Origin: a bacterium | Lineage (GTDB): Bacteria > Zhuqueibacterota > Zhuqueibacteria > Residuimicrobiales > Krinioviventaceae | Assembly: GCA_963674595.2 (NCBI GenBank) | Contig: CAXXFV010000030.1 | Span: 1-21,078, forward strand | Length of the DNA stretch: 21,078 nucleotides | Reading direction: 5' to 3' | In this document: piece by piece, positions 1-7,869 of the stretch | How positions within the stretch are numbered: the stretch's first letter is position 1 | Layout: every line of letters starts with the position of its first letter | Program-made: the position numbers and the translations under genes | Notes under the pieces: generated by a model | The model's database searches: none | What the model was told of the DNA's origin: nothing | Seen by the model: the letters and a program-made list of their open reading frames with translations, nothing else

Positions 1-323
1 GCCCCGGTGTTTCCGGCACTAACAAAAGCATCGACCTTTTGTTCTTTTTGCATTCTCAGTGCAACAGCAATAGATGAGTCTTTTTTCTTTAATGCATTTG
101 CTGGTTGTTCATCCATCAACACAACCTCAGATGCGTGTTGAATAGAAATCGGCAGGTTTTGTGTATGAAAATGTTTTTCTATTTCAGCTTGAATAGCATT
201 TTCATCTCCAACCAAAACTATTTCAAAACGGCCTTTTGAAACTCTGGCCGCTTCAATACCACCATGAACTACGTCATGAGGAGCATTATCGCCCCCCATA
301 GCATCCAATGCAATTTTAATCAA
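1..323 (-). CDS. plsX: Phosphate acyltransferase PlsX, N-terminal part (runs off the left edge; absent from the ORF track)
   Basis: Hand translation from TTG at 323 (GGAG just upstream) gives MIKIALDAMGGDNAP...KKKDSSIAVAL...VDAFVSAGNTG, which contains the PlsX motifs DAMGGD and VSAGNTG. It sits in the canonical position after rpmF. Confidence 0.95.
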   Translation of the reverse strand, partial: MIKIALDAMGGDNAPHDVVHGGIEAARVSKGRFEIVLVGDENAIQAEIEKHFHTQNLPISIQHASEVVLMDEQPANALKKKDSSIAVALRMQKEQKVDAFVSAGNTG

Positions 324-397
324 ATTTTACTCCGGATTATATGATGCGCATTTTAACGTTTTGAACATTTTTCATTTTTGCGCTGATTGGTGGGAAC

Positions 398-580
398 CTA
401 TGATTCTCTTGGTAAAAATACTGAACGACCCTTATAGTATCCACAATTCGGACATGCTCTGTGAGGCATTTTGGGTTGATGACAATTGGAACATTCGGTT
501 ACTGCCGGTGCAGATGCTTTCCAATTTGCTCTGCGCTTATCTCTTCTGGATCTTGAAATTTTGTGTTTTGGTAAAGCCAT
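398..580 (-). CDS. rpmF: 50S ribosomal protein L32 (zinc-ribbon, four-Cys form)
   Basis: MALPKHKISRSRRDKRR N-terminus, CSNC...HRACPNCGYYKG; lies between yceD and plsX. Confidence 0.97.
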   Translation of the reverse strand: MALPKHKISRSRRDKRRANWKASAPAVTECSNCHQPKMPHRACPNCGYYKGRSVFLPRES

Positions 581-598
581 TTTTTCCTCTAATATTTT

Positions 599-1105
599 TT
601 ATTTTTGATTCGATAGTTTTTTCAAAGCTTCCCATCTGGGATCAATTGTTTCTGTCTCGCAGTTACAGGTAACTTTGTTCAAATTTTCACCGCATTTCGA
701 ACAGAGTCCCTTACATTTCGGATGGCATATCTTTTTAACAGGTAATGATACCAAAATCGATTGCCGGATGGACTCGCTGATATCTATTTCTCCCCCGGGT
801 TGGCGGGAATAATAGACATCATCTTCATTGTCCTGGGCAAGTTCTGCATTTGATGTGATAACTATTCGCAGAGACTCTTTAAGTTCATATTCGAATGGTT
901 CCAAACAACGGTCACATTCCAGCTCTGCGATGGTAGAAATTATAGTTTTCAAATAGAGATCATTATCGACTTTATTTATTGTAAAATCAATAATAATCGG
1001 CTTACAAAACTTCCCATCATCGTGAAGGTCAATCTCATTTGGCATAATTGTTTTTGCAAAGTGGGATTGACCTTCTTTAAAATCACATATTTTCAGATTT
1101 AACAC
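599..1105 (-). CDS. yceD: YceD/DUF177 family metal-binding protein
   Basis: CDRCLEPF, LPVKKIC..CKGLCSKCGENLN...C.C and IDPRWEALKKL motifs; directly upstream of rpmF. Confidence 0.92.
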   Translation of the reverse strand: MLNLKICDFKEGQSHFAKTIMPNEIDLHDDGKFCKPIIIDFTINKVDNDLYLKTIISTIAELECDRCLEPFEYELKESLRIVITSNAELAQDNEDDVYYSRQPGGEIDISESIRQSILVSLPVKKICHPKCKGLCSKCGENLNKVTCNCETETIDPRWEALKKLSNQK

Positions 1106-1129
1106 AGTTTAACTCTTAAATCGGCGGTC

Positions 1130-1158
1130 AATTTAGCAATTAATCGTTTAATAGTCAA
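1130..1158 (-). promoter_or_regulatory. Sigma70-type promoter for yceD-rpmF-plsX
   Basis: Minus strand reads TTGACT (1158-1153), 17 nt, TAAATT (1135-1130), with a TGn extended -10. Confidence 0.7.
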
Positions 1159-1196
1159 GATAAAAATTGTAAATTATGAATCAGATTCAAATTTAG

Positions 1197-1622
1197 CTAA
1201 TTTTTAATGCTGACAAGTTCTTTTTCGCTAAAGAAATAATATATTTCTTTTTTTGCATTTTCAGCGCTATCGGATCCGTGGACCATATTGTGCCGGGTAC
1301 TTTCCGCATATTCAAATCGAATGGTTCCGGGTTTAGCCTCTTCCGGATTCGTAGCTCCTATTAACTCGCGGTAATCATGAACAGCATTTTCTTTTTCTAA
1401 AACAGCAACAATACTGGGGCCTTTTGTCATAAAATTGATCAAAGCAGGGAAAAAGCTTTTATCTTTATGTACGGCATAAAAAGCCTCTGCTTCTTTTTTA
1501 TTTAACAAAAGCTTTTTCATGGCTATTATATTAAAGCCGGCTTCTTCAATCTTATTAATGATTCGTCCGGTTAATTTTTTTCTTATACAATCCGGTTTCA
1601 GTATCGCAAGCGTTCTTTCCAT
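1197..1622 (-). CDS. ndk: Nucleoside-diphosphate kinase
   Basis: MERTLAILKPD N-terminus, GATNPEEAKPGTIR, and catalytic HGSDS. Confidence 0.97.
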   Translation of the reverse strand: MERTLAILKPDCIRKKLTGRIINKIEEAGFNIIAMKKLLLNKKEAEAFYAVHKDKSFFPALINFMTKGPSIVAVLEKENAVHDYRELIGATNPEEAKPGTIRFEYAESTRHNMVHGSDSAENAKKEIYYFFSEKELVSIKN

Positions 1623-1675
1623 GAGTATCCCGAATTATTTTCATTAGAAAATTTAAGGAATGTACGAAATTATTT

Positions 1676-2227
1676 TCACAAATCATTCATTTTTTTTATT
1701 TCATCCAGTCCAACATGAAAAGCTTTAATATTTAATTCTTCGGTACCTTTAGGTACTCTGGCCTCGATAGCAGACAATAAAGCATCTATGGATACGATAT
1801 TTGACAAACCCGCTATTACTCCTAATGCTACAATATTTGCAACAAGCGCCCGGCCAACTTTTTCACGTGCCAACTTAATTACAGGAATTTTATAAACTTT
1901 AAATCCGCCGGCAGGGGGATTTGTAACAGCTTCTTCATCGATAATAACTAAACCATTTTCTTTTAAATCATTGATATATCGATCACAGGATTCCTGTGTC
2001 AATGCAAGCAAGAGATCGACATTCACAACTTTGGGATAATCAATGTCTTCATCAGAAATGATAACTTCTGACCGACTGGCACCACCGCGTGCTTCAGGAC
2101 CATAGGATTGACTTTGAGTAGCATTCAAATCATCATATATTGCCGCTGCTTCTGCTAAAATTTTACCGGCCAAAACCAAACCCTGCCCCCCTTCACCACT
2201 CAATCGGACTTCATAGCGAAAACTCAT
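1676..2227 (-). CDS. korC: 2-oxoacid:ferredoxin oxidoreductase gamma subunit (KorC-like)
   Basis: SGEGGQGLVLAGKILAEAA and SYGPEARGGASRSEV motifs; last gene of a delta-alpha-beta-gamma cluster. Confidence 0.9.
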   Translation of the reverse strand: MSFRYEVRLSGEGGQGLVLAGKILAEAAAIYDDLNATQSQSYGPEARGGASRSEVIISDEDIDYPKVVNVDLLLALTQESCDRYINDLKENGLVIIDEEAVTNPPAGGFKVYKIPVIKLAREKVGRALVANIVALGVIAGLSNIVSIDALLSAIEARVPKGTEELNIKAFHVGLDEIKKMNDL

Positions 2228-2230
2228 TTT

Positions 2231-3052
2231 TTAAATACTCCCTGTATTTTGAAAACGGTTAATTAATTTTTGATATTCTGCCCGGCATTCGGGTCGTTCT
2301 ATATCGACAAAAATACCGGTGACGACTTTGTCATTTAATTCATCCTGACTCATTTTTTGTGCACGCTGCACACTCACAGAATTCTCTTTCAACTCCTGCA
2401 GCATATCCACACCGGTCCCAATTCTATTTCGTCTTCCATAGGCCGTAGGACATGGAGACATGACCTCTACAATAGATAAACCTTTTTTTTCAATAGCCTG
2501 CTTTATAAATTTTTCAAGCTGGGTCGCATGATAAGCCGTGGTTCGCGCGACAAAGGTTGCTCCTGCGGCTTCGGCAAGACCGCTTATGTTAAAGGTATTT
2601 TCAAAACTTCCATAGGGGGCCGTGCTTGCCAATTTCCCGGATGGTGTTGTCGGTGAAACCTGGCCGCCCGTCATTCCATAAATATGATTATTAAATAAAA
2701 TCACTGTCAGATCAATGTTTCTTCTTGCTGCGTGGATGTAATGGTTTCCGCCGATAGATGTTGCATCGCCGTCACCTGTAATAACTATAATATGAAGGTC
2801 CGGCTTTGCCATTTTAATTCCTGTGGCAAAGGTGAGAGCCCGGCCATGCGTGGTGTGCAGGGTATTAAAATCCACATAACCAGGCAGACGACTGGAACAC
2901 CCTATTCCGGAAACCATACATATTTCGTCTTTAGATAAACCTGTTTTATGGATTGCCCTGATAAGTGATTTGAGCACAATACCATCCCCGCAGCCGGCAC
3001 ACCAAATTAACGGAAATTTATCTTTTCTGAGATAATCATCATAATTAAACAT
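2231..3052 (-). CDS. korB: 2-oxoacid:ferredoxin oxidoreductase beta subunit (TPP-binding, KorB-like)
   Basis: WCAGCG, SGIGCSSR, HTTHGRA, GDGD...NN.IYGMTGGQ TPP motif and SPCPT; overlaps the alpha gene by 8 nt. Confidence 0.92.
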   Translation of the reverse strand: MFNYDDYLRKDKFPLIWCAGCGDGIVLKSLIRAIHKTGLSKDEICMVSGIGCSSRLPGYVDFNTLHTTHGRALTFATGIKMAKPDLHIIVITGDGDATSIGGNHYIHAARRNIDLTVILFNNHIYGMTGGQVSPTTPSGKLASTAPYGSFENTFNISGLAEAAGATFVARTTAYHATQLEKFIKQAIEKKGLSIVEVMSPCPTAYGRRNRIGTGVDMLQELKENSVSVQRAQKMSQDELNDKVVTGIFVDIERPECRAEYQKLINRFQNTGSI

Positions 3053-4187
3053 TTTTTAATTCCTCAATTTTTTCACATATAGCCAGAGGATTTATAGGAT
3101 CGCCATCGATACGATTCAAACGATATACCGGCACTTTGCCTGCTGCCGCCCATTCAACTTCATGAGCAATCTGTCCCAGGTTCATTTCCACAACCAGCCA
3201 CTTTTTAACCTGGTTGGAATAATTTAAAATCTCTTTATCAGCAAAGGGCCATATCGTTTGAAGTCGCAGCATACCGGCCTTGATACCTTTTTCACGGGCA
3301 AGGCGGACAGCATGACGAGCAGACCTTGCCGAAGACCCATAGGACAATACTCCGATTTCAGCATCATCAAGCATATAGTTTTCCGTTAAAACAATATCAT
3401 CCCGGTTTTCTGAAATTTTATTTTCCAAACGGTTCATAAGTTTATTGATTTCCGTAACATTGTTTGTCGGGAAACCTGTTTCATCATGCGCAAGACCTGT
3501 GACATGGAAACGAAGACCTGATCCAAAATCAGCCATTGGTGGGACATGATTTTCAGTATGTTTATAGGGAAGGAAATCAGTTTCTGACTGATTTGGACGG
3601 GTTCGATCGATAATTTCAATATTTTCCAGCTTGGAAAAATCAATCTTTTCGCTAACATGCCCGATAATTTCATCCATTAAAAAGATGACGGGCGTTCTAT
3701 ATTTTTCAGATAAATTGAATGCTTTAATGATGAGGTCATAGGTTTCTCTAACACTGTTTGGTGACAGAGCAATTATTTGATGATCACCATGTGTTCCCCA
3801 TCTCGCCTGCATAACATCGCCCTGTGAAGGTAAAGTAGGCAAGCCGGTACTTGGACCGCCACGCATAACGTTTACGATCACAGTGGGAACCTCAGCCATG
3901 ATAGCATAGCCGATATTTTCCTGCATCAGAGAAAATCCGGGACCGCTTGTAGCTGTCATCGATTTGGTTCCGGTAAGTGACGCGCCGATAATGGCCCCCA
4001 TTGAAGATATCTCATCTTCCATTTGAATAAAAACGCCTCCGATTTTCGGCAGCATATAAGACAACACTTCTGCAATTTCAGAAGAAGGCGTTATGGGATA
4101 CCCTGCGTAAAATCGTAATCCGGCAGCTATGGCACCCTCCGCACAAGCCTCATTTCCGGTCATAATTTTTACATGATTTTTTTTCAT
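3045..4187 (-). CDS. korA: 2-oxoacid:ferredoxin oxidoreductase alpha subunit (KorA-like); start at ATG 4187 or GTG 4199
   Basis: TGNEACAEGA, GYPITPSSEI, QMEDE, TATSGPGFSLMQE, RGGPSTGLPT and VEMNLGQ motifs. Confidence 0.92.
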   Translation of the reverse strand: MKKNHVKIMTGNEACAEGAIAAGLRFYAGYPITPSSEIAEVLSYMLPKIGGVFIQMEDEISSMGAIIGASLTGTKSMTATSGPGFSLMQENIGYAIMAEVPTVIVNVMRGGPSTGLPTLPSQGDVMQARWGTHGDHQIIALSPNSVRETYDLIIKAFNLSEKYRTPVIFLMDEIIGHVSEKIDFSKLENIEIIDRTRPNQSETDFLPYKHTENHVPPMADFGSGLRFHVTGLAHDETGFPTNNVTEINKLMNRLENKISENRDDIVLTENYMLDDAEIGVLSYGSSARSARHAVRLAREKGIKAGMLRLQTIWPFADKEILNYSNQVKKWLVVEMNLGQIAHEVEWAAAGKVPVYRLNRIDGDPINPLAICEKIEELKNV

Positions 4188-4205
4188 AACAATAACCACA
4201 TTTAA

Positions 4206-4448
4206 TTATTGATCATTATCTTTTTTATCAGTTTTCCTGGAGCCCGCAACAGTGATGGCAAAATCCGGACACAAGAGTTCGCATAAACCACATACAGTGC
4301 ATGCTTCGATATCTGCAACTTTTGCCTTCCCCCCTTCCATTTTTAAAACATCTTTTGGGCAAAAATCAACACAGATAACACATCCCTTACACCACTCCTC
4401 ATTGATCTCTATTTTTATATTTTTTTTGTTTGAATTATAAACAGGCAT
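4206..4448 (-). CDS. korD: 2x[4Fe-4S] ferredoxin, oxidoreductase delta subunit (KorD-like)
   Basis: Two CxxCxxCxxxCP motifs (CKGCVICVDFCP and CTVCGLCELLCP). Start moved to ATG 4448 because GGAGG lies at 4458-4454. Confidence 0.9.
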   Translation of the reverse strand: MPVYNSNKKNIKIEINEEWCKGCVICVDFCPKDVLKMEGGKAKVADIEACTVCGLCELLCPDFAITVAGSRKTDKKDNDQ

Positions 4449-4465
4449 TGATGCCTCCAAAGATA

Positions 4466-5422
4466 TTATTTTATAATCTCTGTACCGGTTTTTCCAATTA
4501 TTGCGTGAGACATATTTTCTACCGAACTTATAACGGCCCTGTGGCCGCCATGTTCCAAAAAATGGATTGCCGCTTCAATTTTTGGTCCCATGTTGCCGGA
4601 AGGAAAATGTCCGTTTTGCAAATAGTCTTTAGCCTCATCAACTTTTAATACGTCCAGTTCTTGGTGCTTTGCCGTACCATAAAACAGACTAACCTTGTCA
4701 ACGGCTGTTAAAATAAAAAGTTCCTGTGCACCAATTTCATTTGCCAGGATAGCCGAAGCTCTGTCCTTATCAATAACGGCATCGACACCTTCCAAAGCTC
4801 CATTTTCGTCGATATAGACCGGGATACCTCCCCCGCCGGCGGCGATAACAATATGACCGGAATGAACAAGCTGTTTAATTGTTTCCGCTTCAACAATGGA
4901 TTTGGGCAAAGGGGAAGGTACAACGCGCCGATACCCTTTTCCTGAATCTTCTCTCATTATGTATCCACGTTTTTTTTCAAGTTCAGGCACATCCTTTTGT
5001 TGATAAAAAGGCCCGACAAATTTTTCCGGTTTGTGAATGGAAGGATCATTTTTATCAACAATGACCTGTGTTAATAACGTTACAACTTTACGGTTGATTC
5101 CACGAAGCTGCAGTTTATTTTGCAGAGACTGCTCAATCATGTACCCCATTCCACCTTCGAGGTCGGCAACAATAACTCCGAGAGGTATTGGGGGTACAAG
5201 CGTTCTTGTTTCTTCCACACGGATGAGCATGTGCCCAACCTGGGGACCGTTACCATGCGTAATGGCCATATGGTAACCTTTTTCAACCAAATCGGCAACA
5301 CCTAACAGGGCCCGGCGCGTGTTGGCAAATTGCTGATAAATATCACCTTCTTCAAATTCACGCGTAATGGCATTGCCCCCCAATGCCACCACAGCAGTTT
5401 TTATATTTTTTTGATCAGACAT
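4466..5422 (-). CDS. arcC: Carbamate kinase
   Basis: VVALGGNA, THGNGPQVG, GYRRVVPSP, GVDAVIDKD and GNMGPKIEAA motifs. The likely start is MSDQK at 5422, because the ORF-track start at 5497 overlaps the upstream gene. Confidence 0.95.
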   Translation of the reverse strand: MSDQKNIKTAVVALGGNAITREFEEGDIYQQFANTRRALLGVADLVEKGYHMAITHGNGPQVGHMLIRVEETRTLVPPIPLGVIVADLEGGMGYMIEQSLQNKLQLRGINRKVVTLLTQVIVDKNDPSIHKPEKFVGPFYQQKDVPELEKKRGYIMREDSGKGYRRVVPSPLPKSIVEAETIKQLVHSGHIVIAAGGGGIPVYIDENGALEGVDAVIDKDRASAILANEIGAQELFILTAVDKVSLFYGTAKHQELDVLKVDEAKDYLQNGHFPSGNMGPKIEAAIHFLEHGGHRAVISSVENMSHAIIGKTGTEIIK

Positions 5423-5432
5423 ATCCGGCAGC

Positions 5433-6743
5433 TTAAAAATCAGCCAAAGCATCAACCAAAGTCGGCTTGCCGATTTCCTGCAAATCATAAAAAACACGAA
5501 CAGCCGGTTTGTTTATTTTAATTATGCGCCGTAAATCAATCGGTGTGCCGATAATAACCGCATCACAATCACAACTGTTTATCGTCTTTTCAAGGTCTTT
5601 CATCTGTTCTTTTCCATAGCCCATGGCCGGCAGCAATTCACCTATTTCAGGATATTTTTCAAATGTACCTTTTAATGATCCTTTTAAAAACGGTCTGGGA
5701 TCGACAATTTCAGAAGCGCCAAACCGATCAGCAGCAACAATACCAGCGCCAAAGGTCATCTCACCATGAGTTAAAGTAGGGCCGTCTTCAACAACAAGGA
5801 CCCGTTTTCCTTTAATAATGTCCGGATCTTCTACATGAATGGGTGATGCCGCATCAATAATCTTTGCGCTGGGGTTAACGTGCCGGATATTATGGCGAAC
5901 CTGTTCAATATCATCCACTTCGGCTTCAATTTCTTTATTTATGATGACATAATCTGCCATACGAAGATTTGTTTCGCCCGGATAATATTGTATTTCATGG
6001 TTGGCGCGAAGCGGATCAACAACGACAATATGCAGGTCCGGTTTATAAAACGGCAGATCATTATTCCCGCCGTCCCAAAGTATGACGTCCGCTTCCTTTT
6101 CTGCCTGCTTTAAAATATCGCCATAATCCACACCGGCATAAACAATTGAGCCGCCGACAATGTGCGGTTCATATTCTTCCATTTCTTCAATGGTACAATT
6201 TTGGTCTTCCAAATCTTTAAGTGAAGCAAAACGCTGAACACGCTGGGCCACCAGGTCGCCATAGGGCATTGGATGTCTTATAACAACAATTTTTTTACCC
6301 TTGGATTTTAATATTTCTGCTACCCGTCTTGTGGTTTGACTTTTTCCGCAGCCGGTTCGAACCGCACACACGGCCACAACCGGTACATTTGCTTTAAGCA
6401 TGGTGTATTTGGGACCAAGCAATGTAAATGTAGCGCCAAGGGCATTAACCAATGCACCATTGTGCATGACGTATTCATGATCTACATCGCTATAGGAAAA
6501 AAAGACTTCATCTATATTATGTTGTTTAATTAATTGGGAAATATTTTCTTCAGAATCTATTGGAATTCCATCAGGATATAAAGGACCTGCAAGTGCAGCA
6601 GGATATTTTCTTCCTTCGATATTGGGGATTTGAGTTGCCGTAAATGAAACGATTTTATAATTCTGATTAGATCGGAAATAGGTATTAAAGTTATGAAAAT
6701 CTCTACCGGCTGCACCCATGATCAATGCTTTACGTGTGCTCAT
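5433..6743 (-). CDS. arcE: cDPGS-like P-loop NTPase (often labelled predicted GTPase); probable arginine synthetase, ArcE type
   Basis: GAAGRDFHNFN, FTATQIP, P-loop AVRTGCGKSQT, RHPMPYGDL, WDGGNND and VEDGPTLTHG match my recollection of the Thermococcus ArcE family. It ends 10 nt upstream of carbamate kinase. Start ATG 6743 follows GAGGT. Confidence 0.8.
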   Translation of the reverse strand: MSTRKALIMGAAGRDFHNFNTYFRSNQNYKIVSFTATQIPNIEGRKYPAALAGPLYPDGIPIDSEENISQLIKQHNIDEVFFSYSDVDHEYVMHNGALVNALGATFTLLGPKYTMLKANVPVVAVCAVRTGCGKSQTTRRVAEILKSKGKKIVVIRHPMPYGDLVAQRVQRFASLKDLEDQNCTIEEMEEYEPHIVGGSIVYAGVDYGDILKQAEKEADVILWDGGNNDLPFYKPDLHIVVVDPLRANHEIQYYPGETNLRMADYVIINKEIEAEVDDIEQVRHNIRHVNPSAKIIDAASPIHVEDPDIIKGKRVLVVEDGPTLTHGEMTFGAGIVAADRFGASEIVDPRPFLKGSLKGTFEKYPEIGELLPAMGYGKEQMKDLEKTINSCDCDAVIIGTPIDLRRIIKINKPAVRVFYDLQEIGKPTLVDALADF

Positions 6744-6768
6744 AAAAAACCTCATAATTTATTTTAAC

Positions 6769-6800
6769 AAAAAAAAAGAGGCCGTTGTTTATACTGCCTC
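6769..6800 (-). terminator. Probable intrinsic terminator overlapping the dusB stop codon
   Basis: Minus strand GAGGC-A-GT-ataaaca-AC-G-GCCTC followed by T9 (A-run at 6769-6777). The stem is short and imperfect. Confidence 0.55.
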
Positions 6801-7787
6801 ATTTAATTCTTGTTTATTTATATTTTCAGTTTCCAGTAAATTTTTGCATGTCAATAATTTTTCTTCAATTTCGCTATAATCATACGTTAGGAAAATCTGT
6901 CTTCGTAATTCGGTCGCATGTTCAAGTCCTTTAATATAGCAAGCCATGTGCTTTCGCATTATGTGTGAGGCTATTTTGTCTCCATAAAAATCACGGGCAT
7001 ATCTATAATGTTTAAGACAAACATCAATTTTTTCACCCGACGATACAGGTTCGGGAGGAATACCAAATTTTATAAAATCTTTAATTTGCCTGAAAATCCA
7101 CGGATTTCCCCTGGCTGCACGCCCAACCATAATTCCATCACAGCCGGTTTGTTCCAGCATTCGCAGTGCGTCCCCCGCATTTTTTATATCCCCGTTACCG
7201 ATGACCGGAACAGAAACGGATTTTTTTAATTTTTCAATAATGCTCCAGTCAGCTTCTCCTTTGAACTGCATTGACTGGGTACGGGGATGGATGGTTAAAA
7301 AAGAAACACCTGCATCGACTAAAACCTGGGCCGCCTCAACAGCAATATCGGAATTCCAGCCGCTGCGAATTTTTGCTGAAACAGGTATGTCTGTTTCATT
7401 TTTAATGGCACGAATAATTTCGGCCATATCATCCAAATTGCGCATCAGGGCAGAGCCGGCACCGCGCTTTATTATTTTCTTGGCAGGACACCCAAAATTT
7501 ACATCAATAAAATCAGGTTTATAATGGGAAATTTTTTGAATAGAAGAGGCAAAGGTCTCCGGTTCAGTACCAAATAATTGTAATCCTATTGGTCTTTCTG
7601 AATCCGAAAAAGAAATGAGTTGAAAAGTTTTTTCGTGGTCACGAATTAAACCGTCCACACTGGCCATTTCAGTTACAACTATATCCGCATCAAACTCTTT
7701 ACAAATCATTCGAAACGCCTGGTCCGTCCAACCGGCGAGCGGGGCCAATGCTACTGGTTTATCAATATGTATAGTTCCCAAATTCAC
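6789..7787 (-). CDS. dusB: tRNA-dihydrouridine synthase DusB
   Basis: LAPLAGWTD, GLQLFG, DVNFGCP (catalytic Cys), SAKIRSGW, IHPRT, VIGNGDI and GRAARGNPWIF motifs. Confidence 0.93.
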   Translation of the reverse strand: MNLGTIHIDKPVALAPLAGWTDQAFRMICKEFDADIVVTEMASVDGLIRDHEKTFQLISFSDSERPIGLQLFGTEPETFASSIQKISHYKPDFIDVNFGCPAKKIIKRGAGSALMRNLDDMAEIIRAIKNETDIPVSAKIRSGWNSDIAVEAAQVLVDAGVSFLTIHPRTQSMQFKGEADWSIIEKLKKSVSVPVIGNGDIKNAGDALRMLEQTGCDGIMVGRAARGNPWIFRQIKDFIKFGIPPEPVSSGEKIDVCLKHYRYARDFYGDKIASHIMRKHMACYIKGLEHATELRRQIFLTYDYSEIEEKLLTCKNLLETENINKQELNEAV

Positions 7788-7793
7788 GTGGCA

Positions 7794-7822
7794 AATTTAA
7801 TATTTTAAATATCTGAAAGCAA
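7794..7822 (-). promoter_or_regulatory. Sigma70-type promoter immediately before the dusB start codon
   Basis: TTGCTT (7822-7817), 17 nt, TAAATT (7799-7794), 6 nt, then the GTG start at 7787. Confidence 0.6.
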
Positions 7823-7869
7823 GTCTTTCTTTAACTAATAATTTAAACTAGTGATTTATTCCCACACGA

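Noticed and set aside
336-365. TATAAT just upstream of plsX as an internal promoter
   Set aside because: The -35 match is weak (TTCAAA at 18 nt), and the implied start would fall at or after the GGAG ribosome site. Co-transcription with rpmF is more likely.
361-672. Plus-strand 103-aa ORF, and the other short nested or antisense ORFs across the window
   Set aside because: They lie over well-supported minus-strand genes and show no recognisable motifs.
5423-5497. ORF-track N-terminal extension of carbamate kinase
   Set aside because: It overlaps the upstream gene by 65 nt and does not resemble carbamate kinase; ATG 5422 gives a normal 318-aa protein.
5433-6743. Annotation as a true cyclic 2,3-diphosphoglycerate synthetase or generic GTPase
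   Set aside because: No 2-phosphoglycerate kinase is adjacent. The GAAGRDFHNFN N-terminus and tight linkage to carbamate kinase fit the ArcE-type subfamily better. Not formally excluded without a phylogeny.
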